A DNA stretch of 64,000 nt, from contig CALWAF010000001.1 in assembly GCA_944372795.1 (NCBI GenBank), positions 64,390 through 128,389 of the forward strand, given 5' to 3'. Within the stretch, counting starts at the first letter, position 1; every line of letters starts with the position of its first letter. This document shows positions 55,027 to 63,659 of this stretch, in pieces. The notes below the pieces were generated by a model. It searched no databases. It was not told the DNA's origin and worked only from the letters and a program-made list of their open reading frames with translations. The DNA is from an uncultured Clostridia bacterium. GTDB taxonomy: Bacteria > Bacillota > Clostridia > Christensenellales > CAG-917. The translations under genes and the position numbers were made by a program.

Positions 55027-55028
55027 TA

Positions 55029-55105
55029 TGGTGGAGCTTAGGGGATTCGAACCCCTGACCCCTTGTCTGCCAGACAAGTACTCTAGCCAACTGAGCTAAA
55101 GCCCC
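55029..55105 (-). tRNA. tRNA-Ala (anticodon GGC), CCA encoded
   Basis: Manual cloverleaf. Acceptor GGGGCTT/AAGCTCC with the G3:U70 alanine identity pair. Anticodon stem CTTGT/ACAAG, loop CTGGCAG. T-arm AGGGG-TTCGAAT-CCCCT. Confidence 0.9.
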
Positions 55106-55398
55106 ATGCGGTTTCGGTTGCCTAAATATATTAGCGCAAAATCGCGGATTGCACAAGCGAATAAAGCTATTTGCGAAAAAAATTAGCAAAAAAGTGATGC
55201 GGTGTTGAGTCAATGTGTATGCCACATTCAAAAACGGCGTCTGCCATAATGTGCAAAAGCGGGAGCGATGAACGGCACGAGGTGCTTCGATGATGCGCGT
55301 GCTCGGGTGGGGACAAGTTTCTGTGTCATCGAAAAAGATCGGGGTGACTTTGCGGCGGGAATCGGTTTGGGCGTGAAATCATGACGGAGCGGCAATGC

Positions 55399-55428
55399 AA
55401 AACGACCGACGGGAGTCGGTCGTTTTTT
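55399..55428. terminator. bidirectional intrinsic terminator after the aminotransferase gene
   Basis: AAAACGACCGAC-GGGA-GTCGGTCGTTTTTT. Confidence 0.75.
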
Positions 55429-55471
55429 GTGCTTGATCGTACAATAAACGGGGTTTATCGGTGCAAAGCGA

Positions 55472-56659
55472 TCACTTCTTGCGCTCGTTGAGGAATTCCT
55501 CAATGAGGTCGAGCGCGCGTTTGATGGCGTCGACGGAGTAGGCGTAGGAGATGCGGATGAAGTCCTTGCCGCTGTCGCCGAACGCGCTGCCGGGGACGAC
55601 TGCGACGTTCTTGGCTTCGAGAAGCGCGTAGGCAAATTCCTCGCCGTCCATACCCGTGGACTTGACGCAGGGGAAGGCGTAGAAGGCGCCTCTGGGCTCG
55701 AAGCAGGTGAGACCCATGGCATTGAGCCTGCCGACGAGGTATCTGCGGCGCTCGTCGTACTTTTCTCTCATTTCGGCGACCTCGGCGAAACCGTCCGCGA
55801 AGGAGGCTTCGAGGGCTGCGAGAGCCGCGTACTGCGCAGCGGTGGGCGCGCACATGATTCCGTACTGATGGATCTTATAGACGACGTCGATGATGGGCTT
55901 GGGCGCGCAGATGTAGCCGAGTCTCCAGCCCGTCATGGCGAACGCCTTGGAGAAGCCGCTGATGACGATGGTGCGCTCTCTCATGCCCTCGAGGGACGCC
56001 ACGGAGCAGAACTTGACGCCGTTGTAGACCAACTCGCCGTAGATCTCGTCCGAGAAGACGACGAGGTCGTTCTCAAGGATGACGGGCGCGAGCTTTTCGA
56101 GGTCGCTCTTCTCCATGACGGCGCCGGTGGGGTTGTTGGGGAAGGCGACGAGGATCGCTTTGGTGCGGGGGGTGATCGCCTTCTTGATCTCATCGACGTT
56201 GAGCTTGAACTCGTCCTCGATGAAGCACTTCACGCTGACGGGGGTGGCGCCTGTGAGGGAGACGAGGGGCGCGTAGCACACGAAGCAAGGCTCGGGGATG
56301 AGCACCTCGTCGCCGGGAGCGCACACTGCCCTGAAGGCGGCGTCGAGCGCCTCGGACGCGCCGACTGTGATGATGATCTCGCTTGCGGGATCGTAGTGCA
56401 CGCCGATGAAACCGTCGAGATATTTGCTTATGGCTTTGCGCAGCTCCATGAGCCCCGCATTTGCGGTGTACTGCGTCTTACCCTCGAGGATGCTGTCGAT
56501 GGCAGCCTGACTGAAGGCGCGGGGGGTGATGAAGTCGGGCTCGCCGACGCCGAGAGAAATGCAGTCCTTTCGGGTGGCAGCGATCTCGAAAAACTTCCTG
56601 ATGCCGGAAGGCTTCATGTCTCTTGCGACGGGGTTGAGGATCTTTGCATAATCGATCAT
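55472..56659 (-). CDS. pyridoxal-phosphate-dependent aminotransferase, class I/II (aspartate aminotransferase-like)
   Basis: ATG 56659 with GAGGTG upstream. SGIRKFF, GVGEPDF, NPTG and the PLP-lysine region SGFSKAFAMTGWRLGY. Confidence 0.85.
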   Translation of the reverse strand: MIDYAKILNPVARDMKPSGIRKFFEIAATRKDCISLGVGEPDFITPRAFSQAAIDSILEGKTQYTANAGLMELRKAISKYLDGFIGVHYDPASEIIITVGASEALDAAFRAVCAPGDEVLIPEPCFVCYAPLVSLTGATPVSVKCFIEDEFKLNVDEIKKAITPRTKAILVAFPNNPTGAVMEKSDLEKLAPVILENDLVVFSDEIYGELVYNGVKFCSVASLEGMRERTIVISGFSKAFAMTGWRLGYICAPKPIIDVVYKIHQYGIMCAPTAAQYAALAALEASFADGFAEVAEMREKYDERRRYLVGRLNAMGLTCFEPRGAFYAFPCVKSTGMDGEEFAYALLEAKNVAVVPGSAFGDSGKDFIRISYAYSVDAIKRALDLIEEFLNERKK

Positions 56660-56879
56660 AATTTCACCTCTTATCGGATATGAGAAAATTTTAGCACCAA
56701 ATGATTTACTTTTCAACTATTTTTTAATTTTGCGCATAAAATGAAAGGAGTCACGAAGATGCACTCCCCCGCACCGCACGGGACGCGCGTGCAAATGAAT
56801 ATCGTCGCGCGCGGAAGGGAATGCTCAAACGGTATTGAACGGTGCCCGAAAACGTGATAATATGATCAAGAGGTGTAAC

Positions 56880-57446
56880 ATGAGAAAAATGGTTTCCATC
56901 ATAGGCGACAGCAAGATAGAAAAAGACGGCGACAAATATCGCCTCGCGTTCTCGATGGGCAAAGCGCTTGTCGACAACGGCTACCGCGTGGCGTCGGGCG
57001 GGCTCGGCGGCGTGATGGAGGCGGCGTTCGAGGGCGCGAAGTCCTCCGAATTTTACCGCGAAGGCGACACCGTCGCCATCCTCCCCATGTTTGACAGAAA
57101 ACTCGCCAGCGACGCGGCGGACATCGTCATCGCGACGGGGCTGGACGTCTACCGCAACGTCATCGTCGCCAACTCCGACGCGGTCATCGCCATAGGCGGC
57201 GGTGCGGGCACCCTTGCGGAAATGTCCAACGCGTGGCCGCTGAAACGCCTGATGATCGCCTTCAAAAACGTGGACGGCTGGAGCTCAAAAGTGGCGGACA
57301 CCCGCCTTGACCACCGCATCCGCTATCCCGAGATCGAGGAAGACCGCGTCTTCGGCGTGAGCACGGCAGACGAAGCCATCGCTCTCTTGGAGAAATATCT
57401 GAACCTCTACACCGACACCCACACGGGCATAAAGCGCGGCGACTGA
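56880..57446 (+). CDS. TIGR00725 / LOG-like (SLOG) Rossmann-fold protein
   Basis: ATG 56880 with AGAGGTG upstream. Contains VSIIGDS, SGGLGGVMEAA and IAIGGGAGTLAEM, the LOG-family nucleotide-binding pattern. Confidence 0.7.
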   Translation: MRKMVSIIGDSKIEKDGDKYRLAFSMGKALVDNGYRVASGGLGGVMEAAFEGAKSSEFYREGDTVAILPMFDRKLASDAADIVIATGLDVYRNVIVANSDAVIAIGGGAGTLAEMSNAWPLKRLMIAFKNVDGWSSKVADTRLDHRIRYPEIEEDRVFGVSTADEAIALLEKYLNLYTDTHTGIKRGD

Positions 57447-57494
57447 CCACCGCCGCCCTCCGCGGCATATCGACACACCCACCACTTAAACCAT

Positions 57495-57525
57495 GCAAAA
57501 AAGCGGGCTAAACCCGCTTTTTTGC
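57495..57525. terminator. bidirectional intrinsic terminator
   Basis: GCAAAAAAGCGGG-CTAAA-CCCGCTTTTTTGC. Confidence 0.75.
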
Positions 57526-57631
57526 ATTATAATGACTTGCCGCAAGCGGCTCACACGAAATGCAAACGCACCCCTTACGCTCGCATTGCTTTGCATTTGC
57601 GTCATTTTATGTTCGTGTCACTTCGCATTTG

Positions 57632-57659
57632 AAAAACTCCGCCGAGGCGGAGTTTTTTT
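57632..57659. terminator. bidirectional intrinsic terminator
   Basis: AAAAACTCCGCC-GA-GGCGGAGTTTTTTT. Confidence 0.75.
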
Positions 57660-57762
57660 GTGTGGTGTGGGCGGGCGGAGTCCGTGCGGGGACTGCCCTG
57701 CTCTCTCGGATCGCCCGTGCAGGGCGGTGCCGTGCGTCAGTATGCGGGCGGTTGGAGCCTAC

Positions 57763-59847
57763 TTACTTTATCTTGTTCATGGCGACGTCGTATGCCGCCG
57801 CGGTGGCATTTGCTATCCTGCCCACTTTGTCGGCGTCGCCGACGACGAAGAGGTCCTTCACTTTGCCTTCAAGCTCTTTTGCAAGCCCGTTGACGGGACG
57901 TGCGCCGAGGGAGAGGACGACGGCGTCCGCGTCCACGCGGGACTGCTCTTTGGTCTTCACGTTCTCGACCAGCGCGCCTTTCGCGTCGATGGCGACGAGC
58001 TTGGTGGACAGCAAGAACTTCGCACCCGCTTTCTCCAGCTTGGGCATCGCGTCGTCGAGGTGCTGGAACCACGTGCCGGGAGCGACCTCTTTCGCCATCT
58101 CGACAAAGGTGAGTTTGTTGCCCATGGAGGCGAGCAGTTCGCCCGTCTCGAGCCCTGTCATGCCCGTGCCGATGACGGCGACTTTCTTGCCCTCGAGTTT
58201 TACGGAGCCGTCGAGGATCTGCGTGGTGGTGAACACGTTTTTGCCGTCCGCGCCCTTGATGGACCTAGGACGCACGGCGACTGCGCCCGTCGCCACGATG
58301 ACCGCACAGGGAGAGAGCGCGAGGATGTCCGCCGCCGTGGCTTCCTTGCCGAGGCGGATGTCCGCACCCTGCTTTCTCGCATTGACTTCGAGGTCCTCCA
58401 CGCACCAGCCTATCTTTTCCTTTTTTGGTCCCTTGTCCGCGAGGTTGATCTGTCCGCCGCAGACATTCTCTTTCTCGAACACCACGGGCTTGAATCCGCG
58501 CTTGCCCAGCACTTCAGCCGCAGTGAGACCCGCGACGCCTGCGCCCACGATGGCGACCGTCCTGCCCTTGCCGTCCTTGGGGAGCGCGTCCCAGCGTCTC
58601 TCCTCACCGAGGGTGGGATTGACCGAGCAGCAGCCGTGTTCGCCGCGGTAAGCGTTGTCCATCATGCTCTCGATGCAATAAAGACAGCAGATGCAGCGCT
58701 TGACCTCGTTCTCTCTGCCGCTCTGCACCTTCTCCGCCCAATGGGGGTCTGCGATGTGCGGTCTGCCAAGAGAGACGAAATCCTGCACGCCGCGCTCGAG
58801 CTGTTCCTCCGCCTGTTCGGGGGAACGGATGAGGTTGGCGGCAAGCACAGGGATCTTCACCTCTTTCTTGACCGCTTCCGCCATATAGGCTCGCCAGCCG
58901 CAGTCGAAGGAAGTGGGCTCCAGCCAATAGTTGTAGGTGTCGTATGCGGCGGAGGAAACGTCGATGGCGTCCACGCCCATCGCCTCGAATGCCTTTGCGT
59001 ACTTCACGCCCGTCTCGAGACCGTAGCCTTTGCCGGGCTGCCCTATCTTGTCATAGCACTCGTCCACGGCGAGGCGGACGATGAGGGGGTAATCCTTGCC
59101 GCATTCCTTGCGGATGCCTTCGATGATCTCCTTGATGAAACGCAGCCTGTTCTCGAAGCTGCCGCCGTACTCGTCCGTGCGTTTGTTGGTGTTGGGGCTC
59201 AAAAACTGTTGCAGCAGATAGCCGTGCGCGGCGTGAAGCTCCACGCCGTCCACGCCCGCCTTCTTGCACCTGACCGCCGCGTCGATGAACTCGCGGATGA
59301 GCTTCTTTATCTCACGGTGGGAGAACGCCCTGACGTGCCCGCCCGCGACTTTGCTGGGCTCGCACTTCGAGGGTCCGGGAGAGGCGAAGACGAGCCCTTT
59401 CTCCACCATCTTGCGTCCGATGCCGGGCGCGATCTTATAGACGAGCTTGGGGAAGGACTTGCACACCTTGCTGCACATATTGGTGAGTGGCACCATGTGC
59501 ACCATGATGCCGACGTTCTGTCTGCCGGGGTGATGCAGCTGCACGAAGAACTTCGCGCCGTGACGGTGTATCCTCTCCGCAAACTCGCGCATGGGCTCGA
59601 TGTGATAGTCGTGCGACATCGCAAGTTGGTTGAACGCCGCAGCGCCGTGGTCGTCGTTGACGCGGGTGATCTCCGTAAGGATGAGACCCGTGCCGCCCTT
59701 CGCGCGTTCCTCGTAGTAGTCCATCAGCATCTCGGTGGGCTTGCCGTCGGGCGCGCCGAAACCCATCATCATGGGAGGCATGACGATGCGGTTCTTGATC
59801 TCGCAGCTGCCTATCTTCATAGGCGAAAACAGCATTTTGTATTCCAT
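57763..59847 (-). CDS. fused Old-Yellow-Enzyme-type NADH:flavin oxidoreductase + FAD/NAD(P) pyridine-nucleotide oxidoreductase (2-enoate / 2,4-dienoyl-CoA reductase-like)
   Basis: 694 aa. N-terminal OYE TIM barrel (LFSPMKIGSCEIKNRIVMPPM, HAAHGYLL) and a 4Cys cluster (CICCLYC ... C). C-terminal Rossmann motifs (VAIVGAGVAGL, VAVIGTGMTG). Confidence 0.85.
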   Translation of the reverse strand: MEYKMLFSPMKIGSCEIKNRIVMPPMMMGFGAPDGKPTEMLMDYYEERAKGGTGLILTEITRVNDDHGAAAFNQLAMSHDYHIEPMREFAERIHRHGAKFFVQLHHPGRQNVGIMVHMVPLTNMCSKVCKSFPKLVYKIAPGIGRKMVEKGLVFASPGPSKCEPSKVAGGHVRAFSHREIKKLIREFIDAAVRCKKAGVDGVELHAAHGYLLQQFLSPNTNKRTDEYGGSFENRLRFIKEIIEGIRKECGKDYPLIVRLAVDECYDKIGQPGKGYGLETGVKYAKAFEAMGVDAIDVSSAAYDTYNYWLEPTSFDCGWRAYMAEAVKKEVKIPVLAANLIRSPEQAEEQLERGVQDFVSLGRPHIADPHWAEKVQSGRENEVKRCICCLYCIESMMDNAYRGEHGCCSVNPTLGEERRWDALPKDGKGRTVAIVGAGVAGLTAAEVLGKRGFKPVVFEKENVCGGQINLADKGPKKEKIGWCVEDLEVNARKQGADIRLGKEATAADILALSPCAVIVATGAVAVRPRSIKGADGKNVFTTTQILDGSVKLEGKKVAVIGTGMTGLETGELLASMGNKLTFVEMAKEVAPGTWFQHLDDAMPKLEKAGAKFLLSTKLVAIDAKGALVENVKTKEQSRVDADAVVLSLGARPVNGLAKELEGKVKDLFVVGDADKVGRIANATAAAYDVAMNKIK

Positions 59848-59928
59848 ATTTTCTCCCTGTGTCGCATTCCCGCCGCGCGGTCTGTTTGGCAGAATGCCGT
59901 GTTTATTCCTCGTTTTGCGCGCGTAAAC

Positions 59929-60450
59929 TCACTTTACGCGCTTATAGTTGCCCGTCATCGCCGCAAGCTGCACCTCGCAGGGCATGTCGCCTTTGTGCAT
60001 CCCGAAGGGCAGCACCGTCTCGATGAGCTCGATGACCGTGTCGTCCTCGCTCTTGCCGACATATGCATATCTGATCTTCGCGCCCGCGCTCTCGAAGGAC
60101 GCCTGCTGCAACACTTTCAGCCCTTCATTCTGCACGGCGGCTATCGCCTTGTCCAAGTCCTTGACGTTGTACTCGATGTGGTGGATCATCTCACCGTGAT
60201 TTTTGAGGAAGGTGGTGTAGATGTTCTCGTCCCCCTGCGGATAGATGAGCTCGATGACGGTGTGTCCCTTGCCGCCGAAGTAGAGGGTGACGTTGCAGTT
60301 GCGCTTCTCGCCGTGATAGGTCATGTCGAGGGGGGTGTCATACACCAGCTCATACCACTTGTCGATGCCGAGCAGGCGGGAATAATGCTCCTTTGCCGCG
60401 GCAAGGTCTCTCACGACGATGCCGGCGTGTCCGATCTTTCCGAATTTCAT
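59929..60450 (-). CDS. VOC-family protein (glyoxalase / methylmalonyl-CoA epimerase-like)
   Basis: ATG 60450 with AGGAGGAGAG upstream. The N-terminus KIGHAGIVVRDLAAAKEHY and a second HHIEYNV half-domain are typical of the VOC fold. Confidence 0.75.
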   Translation of the reverse strand: MKFGKIGHAGIVVRDLAAAKEHYSRLLGIDKWYELVYDTPLDMTYHGEKRNCNVTLYFGGKGHTVIELIYPQGDENIYTTFLKNHGEMIHHIEYNVKDLDKAIAAVQNEGLKVLQQASFESAGAKIRYAYVGKSEDDTVIELIETVLPFGMHKGDMPCEVQLAAMTGNYKRVK

Positions 60451-60500
60451 TCTCTCCTCCTGCCGCCGCAAAAAGCGCGGCGTGCAAATTATCGTTCAAC

Positions 60501-60529
60501 ATTGTATCATATCGGCAAACGCAAGTCAA
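60501..60529 (-). promoter_or_regulatory. sigma-A promoter of the VOC/OYE genes (TTGACT-17-TACAAT on minus strand)
   Basis: -35 at 60529..60524 and -10 at 60506..60501, with a 17-bp spacer. Confidence 0.55.
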
Positions 60530-60632
60530 CACGCGCGCGTCGATGCGAGCGTATAAAAACAGCGGTTTTCAAAGAAATTTCGGCGTTGCACGATGCACGG
60601 ACACCTACGCGCGCACACGACGCTCGCCTAAG

Positions 60633-60929
60633 TCAGCCTTCTATGGTGTAATCCACCGAGACGCTCGACTCCTTCACCGAATGCACGTGTTTCTTGACCA
60701 CGGAGACGTGGTAAGGGTCGTTCTGATAAGCCGCCATCGCCTCGAAGGAATCGAAGGTGACGTCCAGCACGATGTCGAAGCTCCTCTCGCTGTGCAGTTC
60801 GTCTATGCCCACCGCAACGGACTTCACCTCGGGCACTCTGCCCTGCATGGAAAGGAAGATCTCCTTCGTCTTTTGTTTGACCTCGTCGGTGGGGTCTTTG
60901 AGTTTGTAGCAAACGATGTGTCTTACCAT
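60633..60929 (-). CDS. Dabb (stress-responsive alpha/beta barrel) family protein
   Basis: ATG 60929 with AAGGAGGG upstream. 98 aa with MVRHIVCYKL ... AYQNDPYHV ... VDY, the Dabb pattern. Confidence 0.75.
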   Translation of the reverse strand: MVRHIVCYKLKDPTDEVKQKTKEIFLSMQGRVPEVKSVAVGIDELHSERSFDIVLDVTFDSFEAMAAYQNDPYHVSVVKKHVHSVKESSVSVDYTIEG

Positions 60930-61031
60930 GATCCCTCCTTGTCGCGTCCGACACCTGCCTCGGCGCGGACTTGTGTTCGGATTTATTTTTGCACGTCCCG
61001 TCGTGGGCAAAACGTGGCGGGAGCGTGCCTA

Positions 61032-62072
61032 TCAACGGGTGCAGTCCAGAGCCACTTTCATCACTCCGTCCGCGCGCGCCTCGAAGAGTTTGTACGCCTC
61101 GTCCGTGCGGGAGAGGGGGAAAGTGTGCGTGATGAGCGCGGATGTGTCGAGCTTCCCCGCCGCAATATGCGCAAGGATGTCCTCTCCGTCGCAGCCGTCC
61201 ACACCGCCCGTCTTGAAAGTGAGATTCTTGCCGTACATTTCGGGGAGAGGCAAGGTCTGCGCCTCGTCGTACATGGCGACCACCGTCACGGTGGACGCAG
61301 GACGCGCCGCCTCCCATGCGAGGCGGAAGGACGCGGGCGTGCCCGCCGCTTCGATGACGCTGTCCGCGCCGCCGAAACGGCACTCCGCGCGCATCTTTTC
61401 AAGAGCTTCGTCCGCACGGAGCGTGATGAGTGACGGATAATGTTTCCGCACAAAATCGAGTCTTACGTCATCAATATCGCAAATAAACACCCTGTTCGGT
61501 GATTTGAGCGAGGCGGACAGCGCGCAGCATATCCCGGTGGGACCCGCGCCTATGACGAGGGTGTCGCTCCCCTCCTCGATGTCCGCGATCTTCGCCGCCC
61601 ACCATCCCGTTGCGAGGATGTCCCCCGCAAGCACCGCGCTCTCGTCGCTCACGCCGTCGGGGATGAGGGTGAGCCCCGTGTCCGCGTGCGGGACGCGGAC
61701 GTATTCCGCCTGCATACCGTCTATGCGACAGCCCATCGCCCAGCCGCCGTCGGGCAGGACGCAGTTGTTCACCTTGCCGTGTTTGCAGAAGAAGCATTCT
61801 CCGCAAAAGGTCTCCACCCCCACGGACACGCGGTCGCCGGGGCGCACGCCTTTTACCGCATCGCCCACCGCCTCCACGACGCCCACCGCTTCGTGTCCCA
61901 CCGTGATGCCGCGCACCGCGCGAGGGACGAAACCGTGTTTGATATGCAGGTCGCTGGTGCAGATGCTCGCAAGCGTCACGCGCACGATGGCGTCGGTGTC
62001 GTTTTGCAGCACCGGGACGGGCTTTTCTACAAGCCCGAATTTCCCCTTGTCAAGATAGGTATAAGCCAGCAT
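61032..62072 (-). CDS. zinc-dependent medium-chain alcohol dehydrogenase
   Basis: 346 aa. Catalytic zinc site (CTSDLH, GHEAVG), structural zinc Cys cluster (CGECFFCKHGKVNNC) and Rossmann motif IGAGPTG. Confidence 0.85.
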   Translation of the reverse strand: MLAYTYLDKGKFGLVEKPVPVLQNDTDAIVRVTLASICTSDLHIKHGFVPRAVRGITVGHEAVGVVEAVGDAVKGVRPGDRVSVGVETFCGECFFCKHGKVNNCVLPDGGWAMGCRIDGMQAEYVRVPHADTGLTLIPDGVSDESAVLAGDILATGWWAAKIADIEEGSDTLVIGAGPTGICCALSASLKSPNRVFICDIDDVRLDFVRKHYPSLITLRADEALEKMRAECRFGGADSVIEAAGTPASFRLAWEAARPASTVTVVAMYDEAQTLPLPEMYGKNLTFKTGGVDGCDGEDILAHIAAGKLDTSALITHTFPLSRTDEAYKLFEARADGVMKVALDCTR

Positions 62073-62088
62073 ATCTTTCCTCTGCGGG

Positions 62089-63075
62089 TCACTGCCCGCG
62101 ATATTTTTCCAGACCCTTTTCGATGTTTTCCGCGATCTTGTCGCGCAGGTGCGCGGGCGAGAGCACTTCCACGAAATTGAGATATTGCATCGCCCAATAC
62201 ACCATGGCGGAGGGGCTTGCCGTCACCTCGGCTTTTAGCCTGCCCTCGCCTGCGGGAAACAATTCGGCGCTCTTGCCGAACCAGTCGATGACGTCGTCCA
62301 CCGCCCTCTCGTCCACCAGAAACTCTATGCGCACGGGTTCGTCGGAGAACATATACGGCAGCGCGGTCGCGAGTTTCTTGTACTCGATGCCCTTCTCGTA
62401 GCCCGAAAGGGAGCGCAGCGGGGTCGCGGGGCGATCCGTCAGCGCCATCTCTGTGATGCGGTCCATGCGGTAGTAGCCCACGTCGTGCCACTTCTCGTTG
62501 CAGCCCATGAGGTAATAGTGCCTGTTGCGCAGCAGCATCTGATAGGGGGACACTAGGTGGGATGCGGATCTGTGCAACTTGCCGTCCGCGCCGTATTTGT
62601 TGTAGTCGAATTCGACCATCACTCCCCTCTCTATCGCCTCGTCCACCAGCTCGATGTTATAAAAGACGTCGCGGTTTTCGGTCTTGTTCCACTCGTCGAC
62701 GGAATAGACGTGCTTGACGTGCGAGCGGAAATATTTGCTGGAAAGGGAGCACAGCCTCTCTATGATGTCCTTGGAATACGCCGCCGTCACGTGCCTGCCG
62801 GACAGCACGCCGTCGATGAGCATACGCAGCTCCGCATCCTCGAAAAGGCGCGTGTCCAGCCAGCTCCCCTTGCGGTCGGAGCCTATGTCGTAGCCCGCCT
62901 CTTTGAGAAGCGAGAGATTGCGCCCTATCGCCTTCCTCTCCACGACGATGCCGTATTCCTTCTCCAAGAGCGCCGCGATCTCTTCCTGCAACAGATGATG
63001 ATCCCTGTCGCTGTACTTTTCAAGGATGTGCAAGATGCGTATGAGCGCAAGTTTTTTGGGTTCCAGACTCTCCAT
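62089..63075 (-). CDS. WYL-domain transcriptional regulator (N-terminal wHTH)
   Basis: ATG 63075 with GGAGG upstream. The HTH region is LALIRILHILEKYSDRDHHLLQEEIAALL and the WYL core is HYYLMGCNEKWHDVGYYRMDRI. The 117-aa upstream extension in the track runs into the repeat region and was rejected. Confidence 0.8.
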   Translation of the reverse strand: MESLEPKKLALIRILHILEKYSDRDHHLLQEEIAALLEKEYGIVVERKAIGRNLSLLKEAGYDIGSDRKGSWLDTRLFEDAELRMLIDGVLSGRHVTAAYSKDIIERLCSLSSKYFRSHVKHVYSVDEWNKTENRDVFYNIELVDEAIERGVMVEFDYNKYGADGKLHRSASHLVSPYQMLLRNRHYYLMGCNEKWHDVGYYRMDRITEMALTDRPATPLRSLSGYEKGIEYKKLATALPYMFSDEPVRIEFLVDERAVDDVIDWFGKSAELFPAGEGRLKAEVTASPSAMVYWAMQYLNFVEVLSPAHLRDKIAENIEKGLEKYRGQ

Positions 63076-63193
63076 AACTCTTCCGCCTCCTTTCTCGATT
63101 ATACCCCACACGCCGCCGTCAGGCAATAGGCGGACGCAAATTTGTCGGCATTCATGTCCCCTTTTCGGTGCATCACTCGCGCATTGTGAAAGT

Positions 63194-63290
63194 CGCCGCA
63201 CAACTCGCGTCACCGACTCGGATAGAGCCCGTAACGCGGCTACATGAAGACCCCCTGTGATCAGGGGGTCTTCTGGTGCCGCTGACCGGG
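63194..63290. repeat. 97-bp direct repeat, copy 1 (contains an orphan 17-nt tRNA-Leu 3' end fragment at 63274..63290)
   Basis: 95 of 97 nt identical to 63417..63513, with a period of 223 bp. Includes the hairpin GAAGACCCCCTG-N-CAGGGGGTCTTC. Confidence 0.9.
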
Positions 63291-63416
63291 ATCGTAAGGA
63301 GCAAGCGCGCCGCGCGAAGCGACGGAACAGCGAGGATGTAAGGTGAAACGCACGCCGTGCGGGACTCTCGTTGCCGTGCCGTGGATCTGCGAAGCGTCGT
63401 GCGGGATAGACACTCC

Positions 63417-63513
63417 CGCCGCACAACTCGCGTCACCGACTCGGAGAGAGCCCGTAACGCGGCTACATGAAGACCCCCTGCGATCAGGGGGTCTTCTGGT
63501 GCCGCTGACCGGG
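63417..63513. repeat. 97-bp direct repeat, copy 2 (overlaps the genuine 3' end of tRNA-Leu(UAA))
   Basis: See copy 1. Its last 17 nt are the 3' end of the tRNA at 63497..63583. Confidence 0.9.
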
Positions 63514-63583
63514 CTTGAACCGGTATGGTATCTCTACCGAGGGATTTTAAGTCCCTTGCGTCTGCCAATTCCACCACAGCGGC
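63497..63583 (-). tRNA. tRNA-Leu (anticodon UAA), CCA encoded
   Basis: Manual cloverleaf. Acceptor GCCGCTG/CAGCGGC, anticodon stem AGGGA/TCCCT, loop CTTAAAA. Long variable arm and T-arm ACCGG-TTCAAGC-CCGGT. Confidence 0.9.
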
Positions 63584-63623
63584 ACGGCGGATAACGCGAC
63601 GGAGCGGCGCGTCATCTTGCGAC

Positions 63624-63658
63624 AAAAAAACGAGCGACACCGTGAGTGTCGCTCGTTT
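63624..63658 (-). terminator. intrinsic terminator between tRNA-Cys and tRNA-Leu
   Basis: On the minus strand, AAACGAGCGACAC-TCACG-GTGTCGCTCGTTT is followed by TTTTGTC. Confidence 0.7.
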
Positions 63659-63659
63659 G

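Larger units (their letters stand above)
34116..55028. other. ~21-kb lower-G+C carbohydrate-utilisation island bounded by the 3' ends of two tRNA genes
   Basis: Base composition and third-codon-position usage shift visibly towards A/T between tRNA-Leu(GAG) and tRNA-Ala(GGC). I estimate roughly 45-50% versus 60-65% by eye, not computed. No integrase or att repeat was found inside. Confidence 0.6.

Noticed and set aside
57493-60651. 1052-aa plus-strand ORF
   Set aside because: It is antisense to the OYE reductase and the VOC gene, begins inside a terminator and has low-complexity composition.
62089-63426. 445-aa version of the WYL regulator ORF, and the 155-aa ORF at 63173..63640
   Set aside because: The N-terminal extension runs through the 97-bp repeats and, for the second ORF, a tRNA gene. 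It has no RBS, whereas ATG 63075 has GGAGG upstream and starts exactly at the wHTH domain.
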